A stretch of DNA of 64,000 bases, from the NCBI RefSeq assembly GCF_964355755.1, contig NC_092671.1, positions 1,116,001 through 1,180,000 of the forward strand, read 5' to 3'. The stretch's first letter is position 1. Every line of letters starts with the position of its first letter. Below the pieces are notes generated by a model, which saw only the letters and a list, made by a program, of their open reading frames with translations, was not told the origin of the DNA and did no database searches. The translations under genes and the position numbers were made by a program. Origin of the DNA: Antedon mediterranea. Lineage: Eukaryota; Animalia; Echinodermata. Positions 27,736 to 39,252 of this stretch are shown one piece after another.

Positions 27736-30700
27736 TCACCGATAGTCCAAGAGTTTTGGCACAATTTGCTCCCCATAGTAATCCTTGATGGTCAGTGTGC
27801 CCTTACAGATGGCTACAATTTCAGCCAAATGACGGTCATTAACAAGATCACAATACTGCAAGCTGAGATATCGTAAGTGAAGTGCATAGGTTGTGGATCT
27901 TGTAGGCACAAAAAGGTCTTCATATTCCTACAAAGAAAATATAACCGTTGTAATAATTGGTAAATGTGATGGATAAATATCACCAACTGCAGCAATCAAA
28001 ACAACAGAATTGCTACTAACCTCGTCACTTGATAAATGTGGTTCTCCAAGTTTCTTTAATAACTTCTGTTCCTTCAATTTCAGTTTAATTAAAGCTTGAC
28101 AACGACGCCACCGAACCAGCTCTAGTGGAATGTTGGAAATAATTACAGAGATATAATATTTAAAATTTTTAATTTAAATCTACCAGAATTGCTATTTGTT
28201 AAAATGAAAGAAATGATTTGACTTGCTGTTAGAAATTGTAATATTTGACCCCAAAAAAATTATGGTTGTTGAACTGTTGAAAAAATATGTGAATATATGT
28301 TAGATAACCGTACTATAGTCTAGATATAATTATCATATCATTATCTAGACTATAGTACGGTTATCTAACTAACCCTACTTAACTTGATACTTAAGAATAT
28401 GATAAAAATAAAATTTGAAGCAACATCTTTCGATAACCTTGAAAACGAAACGAAATTCTTATATAACAGAACATATTGGTAACCTTTTTAGTCAGTGATT
28501 CTAATGAGACCATCTTCTTAGCTAAAAGTGATTAAAACCCTGTACTTACCTGCAATGATGGGTAAGAACGGTTTTGATGTGATGCATTTAAGACCATCAA
28601 GACATAAATTATCTAAAAGAGGACAGTTGATTAAAAGACAACACACCGTAACGTCGGTCAATTCTGAAAAAAAAAACAGTAGCCAGGTTACTAAACAGTA
28701 GCCAAGATAACAAAATCATCAGTTACAGATTTGATATATAGTGTAGACAGAGCTTTAGATTATACAGATTTGATATATAGTGTAGACAGAGCTTTAGATT
28801 ATACAGATTTGATATATAGTGTAGACAGAGCTTTAGATTATACAGATTTGATATATAGTGTAAACAGAGCTTTAGATTATACAGATTTGATATATAGTGT
28901 AAACAGAGCTTTAGATTATACAGATTTGATATATAGTGTAGACAGAGCTTTAGATTATACAAACAATGCAATAAAATAATTGACGTTTCTGTATTTTATA
29001 CATACCAGAATTCCAACTAACATCCAACCGTTTCAAGAAACAGAGTCGTGTTGCCATGGTTATGATTATGTCATCCGCCAAACAGTCAACAGCGGCTACG
29101 TTAAGCGCAACCAAGTTTGGACAGTTGTCTGCTAACTGGATAAGTGTGGACTTTGATGTGCTACACTGACGAATAGCAAAGTCTGTCAATCGGTGGCAGT
29201 TGGCAGTGATGGTACAAAGACCGCCATCAGTAATCTCCTCGCACCAATTTAAATGTAGAATGGTTAACTGTTGAGGAAATGTACCTGGTTATTTCTAATT
29301 GGTTTCGACAAAATTAACGATTTATGTTGATCCGCACAAATAAAAGGCAATAGTAGTGAAAAACAGCGTATCAACAACATTGAGGTGTGGTACACAACAT
29401 GTATTTAGTTCTGAAAAGAACTCAATAGTTGTGTACTGCAAACTTTTTACTGTATCAATATATTGATTTCGCCATGCAAACAATATATAGCATTGAGGTG
29501 AATTCAAATAACATTACTTGTTTGTGAGACATACAGTAGTTTTAAATATTGTTGTACTTTCAGGGTTTCCTTGTTTTTAATGAATCAATGAAGAATAATA
29601 ATATTAATATCCTGGATTTACAGTATATAGCGCCTAATGTTGTGAAACCTCTAAGCGCTGAACATTATTACCCCAGTCAATTTTTGGATCAAACGCGTAT
29701 GGAAACATACTCCCATAAAGAGCGTCGCGCATTATCATATTTTTACCTTAGAACCAAGATATTTGGCGATTCGGTTCAGACTGTAATCTGTAATGTAAGT
29801 CTCACTCAACTTCAAGCTATGCACACCGCATCTTCCATCTTGGCTGAACAATGGACACAACGCTGTGTCATTAATGAAATACATTCCTAAAAATGTAATG
29901 TAAATTTGAATACAAATTCTTTAAAAAAAAATCCCTCTTGCAGTTTCGTGATAAAGATTCACATTCTCAGTTACATGCACTGGGAGGGTAGAATCTAATA
30001 ATATTGTATCTTGAATACATATTGTATTAAATTACTTGTTTATAATAGGATTTATTGAAAATAGGCTTTATTTGTCATCCTGGTTTTTCTCATGTTGTGT
30101 GGTTTACTGATTAAAACAAAAATATGAATATTAAATAAGATAGTGTGTATACAAATAATATCATTCCAAACCTTCTATAGTCAAATGTGTTAGGTCCTTG
30201 CAAACATTTAGCAACTCTGAAAGTCCATGGCTGGTAATGTTTTCACATTCACTCTAAAAATGATACAAAGCAATAATTACAGTACAGTATTCGTATTAAT
30301 CAGCTTGAAGAAAAAGTTAATTGTATTAGTTTGTTTTCAATTGTTGTCTATTAATAATTACGTTAATATTGATGGGAAACATAAGAACTTTCAAATAAAC
30401 TTTAATGACAAAAAAAAGATCGACGATTCGGAACAATCATGGAACCATTCTCAAAACAAATGAGTAAAATTAACAACTATACAGATAATACAACTTAGTC
30501 TTGTGACTGTGAAAGTAACAGTTGCCTTCAATAAAACTCAAACAGTTGTGCCACATCATGTTTAAAAAAAAGATAGATAACATAACCATAAATAAATATG
30601 ATAAAACAAAAATGAAATTAATATCTCATAGGACAAGTGAGCACCATCTTACCATAGATAACCACCTTAGATTTGTAAGTGAACTTTGAACTCTTGATAA

Positions 30701-33700
30701 GAGGTCATCTGATATCCCTTTCCATGATAAGTTTAACTTTAACAAGCACGTGTTAATGTTCAAGAATTCTTGAAAACATATCTCTCCCATGCTGTCATCA
30801 AATTCAATATTGCTTATGTCAAGATCCTTTATATTTGGAATAAATTCTCTAGCCCATTTTCGATGAACTTTGACCGCTGAAGATGCAACAAATTCATGCC
30901 CTGATATTTCATCTGTGATGACCTCTGTTTCGGTTTGCTTACTAGTAGGCTTGTTAAAATCTAAAAATGAATCTGCATCTCCGTTACTGTCAGCGTTTTC
31001 ATCGGAACATTCATGACATATTTCTTGTAGCATATTATCAACAAATTCTGAGACGATTCTGTTTAAACTTTCATCGTGTTGAGATCGAAGCGTTAATGAC
31101 GCTTTAGAGCTTTCTGTGCTATCTGAAGAAGTATCGCTCATTGGTAACATGACCTCTGACGGATTGACCCCAACCGCCCTTGAAGAACCATTTGATACGG
31201 CTTGTTCACTATTAATTGATACAGCTTGTTCATTATTTGATACAGAATATCTATCATCTGGGAAGTCTGCATCATGTGAGTCCTTGGCATTGTCTAACAA
31301 TGTGATTTCATTAAGAGCTGATGCAGCTAAAGTGTCAACAACACAATCAAATGAAGTATTTTCCAATGAAAATTCATTAAATGACAATTTTACATCTTCT
31401 AGTTCCAATAATTTGACATTTTCATGTTCTTCTTGATAGTTATTTGTTTCTGCTGGTACAAATACAACATCAGGATTACCCTTCGTCTCTACATCTGATG
31501 CTTCAGGGCGTGTTTCTTCTTCTTCAGTCTTAACGTTTTTTTGATGCATTCTATCAAGAGAATCAATATTTTGAAGATCATTTTGAGCATCATTTGGTTG
31601 GACTAAACGACCAACAGATTGACACAAATCTTCTTCTGACTTTTGTACTATAACTTCATTCTCTGGTTTGCCTACTCCTAGTTTTACCCCCTCTATTGTA
31701 GTATCTTGGTTCAGTAGGGCATTGCCTTCGACAGGGTTTTTATGCTTTGTTACATGATTCAATTGAAGAGGTGCATCATGGTGACCATTTTTTGGCTTGT
31801 CTACTACCTCCTTGTCATCAGGTTTCTTCCTTTTTTCCTCAGTCACTTTGTATACACGTGGTAAATCATCAATATCTGATTCCTCACTTTCTTTAGTAAA
31901 CATCATCTCAAGTTCTAGTGTCTGGTATTCCCGCATTAGATTAGACGTAACAGAACCAGAAGTATCTTGGTTGAAAGTGGAGGCCAGCTCAACAGCATCA
32001 TACCATGTATGGCCACAAAGGTACCACAGTAATGTACAATCCATCTGTTTATCAAGAAATAAAAATAAATGTCATTAAGTACAGTTATCATATCTATTTA
32101 TTATTCATTATTACAGTATAACCCTTTTTTTTGACAACCCTATTCAGGGAACACTTTCTCATGGACCAAATGCGGGAAAATATATGTTTTAACACTATGG
32201 CCAACCTCTATTCAGGGAACACTTTCTCATGGATCAAATGCGGGACAATATATGTTTTAACACTATGGCCAACCTCTATTCAGGGAACACTTTCTCATGG
32301 ATCAAATGCGGGACAATATATGTTTTAACACTATGGACAACCTCTATTCAGGGGACACTTTCTCATGGATCAAATGCAGGACAATATATGTTTTAACACT
32401 ATGGCCAACCTCTATTCAGGGGACACTTTCTCATGGATCAAATGCGGGACAATATATGTTTTAACACTATGGCCAACCTCTATTCAGGGGACACTTTCTC
32501 ATGGATCAAATGCGGGACAATATATGTTTTAACACTATGGCCAACCTCTATTCATTGTACACTTTCTCATGGATCAAATGCGGGACAATATATGTTTTAA
32601 CACTATAGCCAACCTCTATTCAGGGGACACTTTCTCATGGATCAAATGCGGGACAATATATGTTTTAACACTATGGCCAACCTCTATTCATTGGACACTT
32701 TCTCATGGATCAAATGCGGGACAATATATGTTTTAACACTATGGACAACCTCTATTCAGGGGACACTTTCTCATGGATCAAATGCGGGACAATATATGTT
32801 TTAACACTATGGCCAACCTCTATTCATTGGACACTTTCTCATGGATCAAATGCTGGACAATATATGTTTTAACACTATGGACAACCTCTATTCATTGGAC
32901 ACTTTCTCATGGATCAAATGCGGGACAATATATGTTTTAACACTATGGACAACCTCTATTCAGGGGAACACCCATATAAAGGGGACACTTTGTTGCATCC
33001 TAAAGATGTCTTCTTAATAGGGATTCCACTGTATTATTATTATTATTATTTTTTAAGAAAATTTCCAAGGATAGGCATCATAAGTGAGTTAATTCACTGT
33101 CCAACCTTGTTTACAAGATAAATATACACATACAATATACAGATATCATACATAAACAAAGTCTCCCCGGGGGAGAGGTTATCCTTTATAGTGATGTAAA
33201 AATACAAACTGATCTATTAATTTAAAGAGTATGGTAAATGCCAATTTACAGCTGCTAAAACCTATTAAACCTTCTTAAAAAGAACCTACCCCGGTGTAGG
33301 ACACATTAAGAACCTGTAAAGAACTTCCACAGAGCGCTACCAGATAACGAATACAAGTACTTGTTAAGTTTTGGTTACAAGAGACGTCAACATCTGTAAG
33401 ATGTTGTCCTGGGGAACCACATTGTGTTTCTTGGATTGATGTGCCTTCAACTTTGCTTTCAGATGACGACGACAACTTGAGGTTAAACACCTGATCAGTG
33501 ATGCCTGAACACATGGACAGGTTCAACTGAGACAAGTTCCTGCAGTTTATAAGTATTCTCTAAGTGAAGAAAATGATTGATGAGTTTGGATATGACATTA
33601 TTATAATATCATACAGAGGCAGATCCAGCATGTGGGTGGTGATGTCCACTCCCACTAAATTGTACAATAATAATAATAATGATTATCTTTTTTCAGATGT

Positions 33701-34296
33701 TCAAATAATATACCTGGACATTTTCATTTGAAAGAGTTTTACAATATTCAAATGATAGTGATGTTAGGGTCTGAAGATTTTGACCAATCAGAAGACAGAG
33801 TTCAGTAGTTGTTTCTGATGGTGGGTGACATTTGTTCAACTGTATGTGCTGAAGACGAGGACATCTGAAAGAAATTTAAGCAAAGTTAAATATAATTTAA
33901 ATATAGTGTCAACAGAAAAAGCAACAATAATTTTTACGATGATGACTAGACTAATAAAGACTTCATTATAAACTTGTCTTACTTTTTCATGACATTCCCT
34001 AAATGCTTCAGTTCTTCTTGATCACATAGAATACCAGTACACTGGTTAAGACAAAGTCTTTTCATATGGGGTGCCACCAATACCTCAAGAAGCTCACCAG
34101 TTAAAAGTCTTGGGTGTTGGTCAACAAAAGTCTCTAAGATGTCAAGACTGATCGCCGTGAAGCATTGAGTTGATAGCTGTTTTAATAACGTTTTTGCATT
34201 CTTTCGCAATTCCACACTGTGTCGGTCATCATGATCAAGTAAAATTTTGACTGCAGCTTTAACAGTCAGAAATTGAAGCGAAAAAACTGTTGCCAT
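27736..34296 (-). CDS. Cysteine-containing leucine-rich-repeat protein (AMN1/FBXL-like), ~1005 aa, with long acidic low-complexity insert
   Basis: Ten GT-AG exons with consistent phases: 34296-33983, 33864-33714, 33559-33290, 32044-30653, 30253-30172, 29886-29747, 29267-29006, 28663-28550, 28121-28021, 27927-27736 (3018 nt including TGA). Repeats such as LSQLNLSMCSGITD, LTILHLNWCEEITDGGL, LKRLDVSWNSELTD; C-terminus IKDYYGEQIVPKLLDYR*. Confidence 0.88.
28299..28369. repeat. Perfect 28-bp inverted repeat with 15-nt spacer (micro-MITE-like hairpin) in intron 8 of the LRR gene
   Basis: GTTAGATAACCGTACTATAGTCTAGATA (28299-28326) / TATCTAGACTATAGTACGGTTATCTAAC (28342-28369). Confidence 0.85.
28723..28960. 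repeat. Minisatellite, 39-bp unit, ~6 copies, containing the MITE-A terminus
   Basis: Unit TACAGATTTGATATATAGTGTAGACAGAGCTTTAGATTA. Confidence 0.95.
32113..33033. mobile_element. Tc1/mariner(pogo)-type MITE with an internal 68-bp tandem array (~12 copies)
   Basis: TA|CAGT left end and ...GGGATTCCACTG|TA right end; unit CCTCTATTCAGGGGACACTTTCTCATGGATCAAATGCGGGACAATATATGTTTTAACACTATGGCCAA from ~32138 to 32965. Confidence 0.7.
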
Positions 34297-34519
34297 TTTG
34301 GTTTTTAAAATGGTATACAGAACTGAAAATAGAAAAAATCCCAGACCATGTCTATTTGTTTAGCATGTTGTTGAAATTTGTATTAACTGTAGACCTAGGC
34401 CTAGTCTGGGTTCCAGACGGAGTTTTGTCTTAATATTAGTAAAAAGATAAATATTTTGGCACATATGGCGTTTCATACGTTTACTACTTGATTTTGGATA
34501 CTCCGTCTGGGGAAACACG

Positions 34520-34670
34520 CACAAGTCACGTGGTTTGACACCAAGAATTCTTGGTGCATACGATTATCCGGTTGACTAGTTTCAGCTGCATGCGATTGGC
34601 TACTCACTCGTACACTATTTTAATATTCATATTTCAAAGACTAAACATCTAAGATGATGCGCATGCGCTA
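34520..34670 (-). promoter_or_regulatory. Putative promoter region of the LRR gene
   Basis: E-box GTCACGTGG ~34526, CCAAT (GATTGGCT) ~34594, NRF1/P3A2-type TGCGCATGCGC 34658-34668. Confidence 0.4.
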
Positions 34671-35559
34671 TTTTACGTTTAGACAATGTGTACTTGGGTA
34701 CATCATGGAGATACCTCCATGGGTACGGGTGGGTACATTGATGAAAGTTTCTGAAGGCTAGAAATGATTTTATCCCTGTCTGGTAATTATTTGATGGGAT
34801 TTTTCCCAAGAACATGAAAACTCGTCTTGATATGATAGGCTAGCTTCTCCGCAAATCAAACATTGATTCAATGGATCATTTATTACGCGGAGATATTTTG
34901 ATTTAATTCCCACCCAGACCCTGTCCTGTTCTGTATGGTGGTGTAGCCCTGTTGTGTGCCGGTGATGGTATGTAGGCCTACCTTATTGGCGTTTTATTCG
35001 GCAGGTCATACGTGCGAGTTGAGTAGGACCTACGAAGGAGGCCTAGGCCAAGGACTAAACAATTAATAAACAAAACAACTTGGCAACACGATTTTATATT
35101 TCAACAGTCTCGATCGTACATTCAGCACTGTTCGTATAGTACTCGATCTTTTTTATTTTGAAACAAAATGACTCGATCTTTTTTATTTTGAAACAAAATG
35201 ATCATTGGTTGATTCGAAATCCATATTTACATACCGCCCGCCCCATATAGCCAAATACGGTATCGTAACCTACGTCATTCTTATCGGATGCTTGCGGTCT
35301 GCAAATCGATTTCTATACGTGTTTCACAAGTCTGTATTTTAAGACAAAAATCGCGGTCGAAATAAAAACAAATAAATAAAAAAAAAGACAATACAGACTT
35401 GGAGCAAGTCTAACCTAGGCCTTGATGTAATTGGCAATACCTACAGTATCTAACTAGGCTACTACTCTTGTTTACTTGATTCCCAGGATTTTCCTGGGTA
35501 TAGAAGCCAAGCATACAGTGCTTATAGGCCCCTCGATGAAAATAATGTTTTAACATACG

Positions 35560-36850
35560 GCGCAAATTTTAGTGGGTGGTCAGCCCAACGTTTCTCAATT
35601 GCAGCCTTGAAAGAATTTAAGGATTTTGAATTCACATCATCCTCAGGCAGCGAATTCCATGATCTGGTTACTCTTACCTTTAGTGATTCTTACCTTTAGT
35701 GATTAAAAGAGGCTGTGAGCTTAATGCTTGTAATAGTTGCCTCCTCTCCTTTTGTTTATGTGAATGTCGAGGTTGTTTTTGAATGAATTTGTGTTTGTGC
35801 TGTTAATGACATGTTCTGGTAGTGAGTTCCATTTGTTGATTGCTCTGACGTCAAAATAGGTATCTCTCCTGATGGTTTTGTATCTAGGTTTAGATAGTGT
35901 AAGTGAGTGTCCTCTGGTTATGTTATGCGCGATTTGAACGATTTGCGCAATTTGAAATTGCGCAAAAAAATCCTTGCGCAATTTGAAATTGCGCAAGGAT
36001 TTTTTTGCGCAATTTCAAATTGCGCAATCAACTTGCGCAATTTCAAATTGCGCAAGAAAATCTTTGCGCAATTTTAAATTGCGCTGCACAATTTGTAAAT
36101 TGCGCAAGATAGTTCTTGCGCAATATGACACCTTTGCGCAATTTGAAAACGAACTGTAAATTTTCCCATACATGGCTAGGCTAGGCCTAGGCAGAGGAGT
36201 TTAAAATTTAGTATTTTATTATATAAATAAGACCATTTCAATGAAGATAATGTTTAATAGTTAATACTCACTTTTTAAGTTTTTTACATTAGTTTAAGCT
36301 AGGCCATGTAACCTAGTCAGTATCAGTAGTCCAGACCCTGGCTAGGCTAGAGTAGTATAGCCGGCCGCCTGCGCCGCGCCCGCCTGGTGGAACACCACCG
36401 CTTCGTCGGTTCTTCGACGGTATGCTAACTTATAACAATATTTGCACTACTAAAATAAGGAAATGCGATATTTATCTTTAATTTTGAATCATTCTTAGAA
36501 ATTACTATAAAAATATGGGTGTGCATGGTTTCACAATCTGTCGAAAAACCTTGCGCAATTTGCAGATTACTTGCGCAATTTAATACGTTGCTTGCGCAAT
36601 TTGAAACACATGTTTCAATTCAAATTGCGCAAGGATTTTTTTTGCGCAATTTCAAATTGCGCAAATCGTTCAAATCGCGCATAACAGTTATATAACCTCC
36701 AGGGTTCTGCCTTAGAGTGAAAAATGAATTTGCCTCAATGTTTACTTCTTGTAAAGGCATTTCTCCTTGAATTTGTTCGTACATAATGATGACGTAATTT
36801 ATAAGAATGGCCTCGTGTAATACTGTCAACATTAAAATCTTAGCTAGCAG
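35560..36850 (-). mobile_element. Two nested CR1-type LINE 3' fragments
   Basis: Older copy: ITRGHSYKLRHHYVRTNSRRNAFT (~36830-36750) continues as RVTRSWNSLPEDDVNSKSLNSFKAAIE (~35675-35595). Younger copy: NIEANSFFTLRQNPGGYIT-RGHSLTLSKPR...WNSLPEHVINS...FKNNLD with a 16-bp tandem tail at ~35673-35705. Confidence 0.8.
35921..36686. mobile_element. Ginger-like non-autonomous TIR element (TGT...ACA, 4-bp TSD)
   Basis: Long TIR TGTTATGCGCGATTTGAACGATTTGCGCAATTTGAAATTGCGC...; GTTA duplicated at 35917-35920 and 36687-36690; many TTGCGCAA subterminal palindromes. Confidence 0.7.
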
Positions 36851-38267
36851 GTACAATCAGTAGATATAGATAGGCCTAGTACTGTCTAGTAAAGTTAGTA
36901 CTCTCTCTTCTTCTGGCTGGGCCTACTTTCCACTAACCCTCTATCATACACAACATTTAGACGGTCAGTTAATGTAGTTAGCAATGTGAATATAGTGTAA
37001 ATATGTAATCAATATTATAAACTTGGCTATATACCCATATTATCATACAATACTTACAATCATATCAAATAAATTCAGTTTTCACTTATAATTTCATCGA
37101 CCTCTCTTCTGTCAGTTGTTTGTTTACCATCACCAACAGTAGTCAGTCAGGAAGAAACCATTTTGGATACTTCTTGGCAGTCGGATTTTATGGAACTATG
37201 GCGCGTCAAACAGAAATGTTTATATTTCTAATAATTAAAGTAATTTTAAAACAGAAACAATTGTACTACAAATAAAAGTGCTTTTTGAACGTTATAAATG
37301 TATTTACTGTTAAAAAAATATTTGTTATAGTAGATTAATTGTAATCTTATATTACAGAAATACAACTATTAGCGTTTCATACAACACCAGGAAAGCAAAC
37401 AGCATCCGTTATGACACCCTAGAAATGTTACAAAAATAACCACACAAAGGACGGAAGAGGGCAGTAGTAAAAAAAAATGGGAGACCTAGATCTGCGAAAC
37501 TTCTACTCGCTAGGCCTAGCCAGCTGCTAGTACTTGCCTAGTTAGTAGGGGCCAGGGCTTCCTAAGCTAGTCAACTCGAAGTAATTAGTAATACCAAACA
37601 CAATTCAGGTAAACTGTATTTAAATAGCTGTCCTACAGTTGGATTAGGTTTGCTAATGCTATAAGAGTAGTAGGCCTAGGTCCTAGGCTAGGCCTAAGAT
37701 AAGAGTTAAGGAAGATAGGACCAAGGCCCTAGTGACGTGAGAGAGAGGCTCGTTAAATAGAAGCCTGCCCTCTACTGAATGTAGAAGTTCAGTAATATTG
37801 TAAGAGATTATAGATAGGAGGCAGTCAGCTTTATCTGTGGTATAGAAAGAAGGTTATTTTTCGATATTTACACCTATTATAAATTGATTAATATTCAAGT
37901 TAACTAGGAGGCCTAGCTAGGCCTAGAAGAAAATAAAAGTTTGTATTGTAATAAATAAAGAGTTAATTCCTGGAATTTATCTTTGAAAATTGGTAACAAT
38001 CAATACATTTTTATTAATTTATATGAATATGCAAGAAAAAATATAAATAAACGAGAAATATATATAAATACTGTAAATAAATCATCAATAATGCTAGTCA
38101 TGTATTCTGCTTTCCAACAAATGAGAAATATTACTGTTTCTTTTGACTTTGTTTTTCAGTCTTATTTGTTGCATTTGAAGTTACAACTGAAAAAACTACT
38201 ATAAAAACTGGCTAAATCATACTTCAACTAGGCATATAGCCTTCGTACTATCATATTATTTCAAACG

Positions 38268-39200
38268 ATGCGGCTGCCTATAAACAATTTAAATAATGGA
38301 TTTAGTAAAAGTAAAATTAAAGAAATTCTTAGCAGTACAAATTTTATCTCTGCAACTTTTCTGGGTGCATTTTGTTTAACCTGTGATCACTTTGCTCAAA
38401 GTGATTTTGTCAGAAGAAATCGTGTTTGCGCTGCGCTTCTTGATACCTTTACCCATTTTATGATTGCATCGTGGATGTGGACAATTGTTTTAGGAGGCAG
38501 CATCACTTCAAAGAATGTCTTTCAGATTGTCTTTGCTGGATTGCTAGCTAGTGCAATGGATATTGATCACTTCATTGCAGCACGTTCTATACACTTAAAG
38601 GTAAAGTTTTGTTCTGCTTTATAAAATTTGCACATAATTTATTTTATTTAAGACTGCAGTTATCATTAAGTTATTAATTAGAAGTTATTTTAATAGAAAA
38701 TGTTTCTAAATTGATTATACAGTAACAAAAAAGATATGTATTTAAATTATTTTGCATAATAAAATGTTTTACTTACTTATGGGTCAACAATGAGCTAGTC
38801 TGTGAGAAGTATTAATTTAACTAAATTTACAATTAAAATAAGTTTTAATTTTCTTTTCTTCCCACAGGATGCGACCTTTCTTCAACAGAGACCGTTACTT
38901 CACATGACAACCCTCATTCCAATTCTAGCCATCGTCAGTGAGATCATTATCTGCATAAGTGGCTTACACCGGCTTCATTTCTTTCCTTACCTCTTCACTC
39001 TTTCATGGTTTTCACACCATATAAGGGATGGCACGCGTAGAGGCCTGTGGTTATGGCCCTTTGGCAGCACCCCTCCTGTGCCTTATTTTGTGTATTTTGC
39101 ATCAACGTTAGTTTTACCGTTTACTACATCTTTGCTGATGAGTGCAACTGGTTCACCTATGCATGCTGTAAAGTTGCATAGAGTTGTTCATAATGTATGA
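38268..39200 (+). CDS. TMEM267: Transmembrane protein 267 (221 aa; exons 38268-38600 and 38868-39200)
   Basis: Motifs DTFTH, DIDHFIAARS, RPLLH, SWFSHHIRDGTRRGLWLWPFG; phase-0 intron AAG|GTAAAG...CCACAG|GAT. A 5'UTR acceptor is seen at 38158-38159. Confidence 0.92.
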
Positions 39201-39252
39201 GGAATACTAGATATTTTGCTAGGGAGACAAGTTTTACTACAAACTATTAGTA

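Noticed and set aside
28723-28979. Repetitive ORFs on both strands (LYNLKLCLHYISN / LIYSVDRALDYTD); similar ORFs at 9127-9312 and 32131-32328
   Set aside because: Artefacts of tandem repeats lying inside introns or intergenic DNA.
30626-32044. 472-aa ORF as a stand-alone gene
   Set aside because: It is exon 4 of the LRR gene: acceptor immediately before the ATG codon and donor after WLSM.
31116-32078. Ser-rich + strand ORFs
   Set aside because: Antisense shadows of the acidic exon.
35721-36159. ORFs with LRNFKLRK/AQFQIAQ repeats
   Set aside because: Translation of palindromic subterminal repeats fused to a CR1 fragment.
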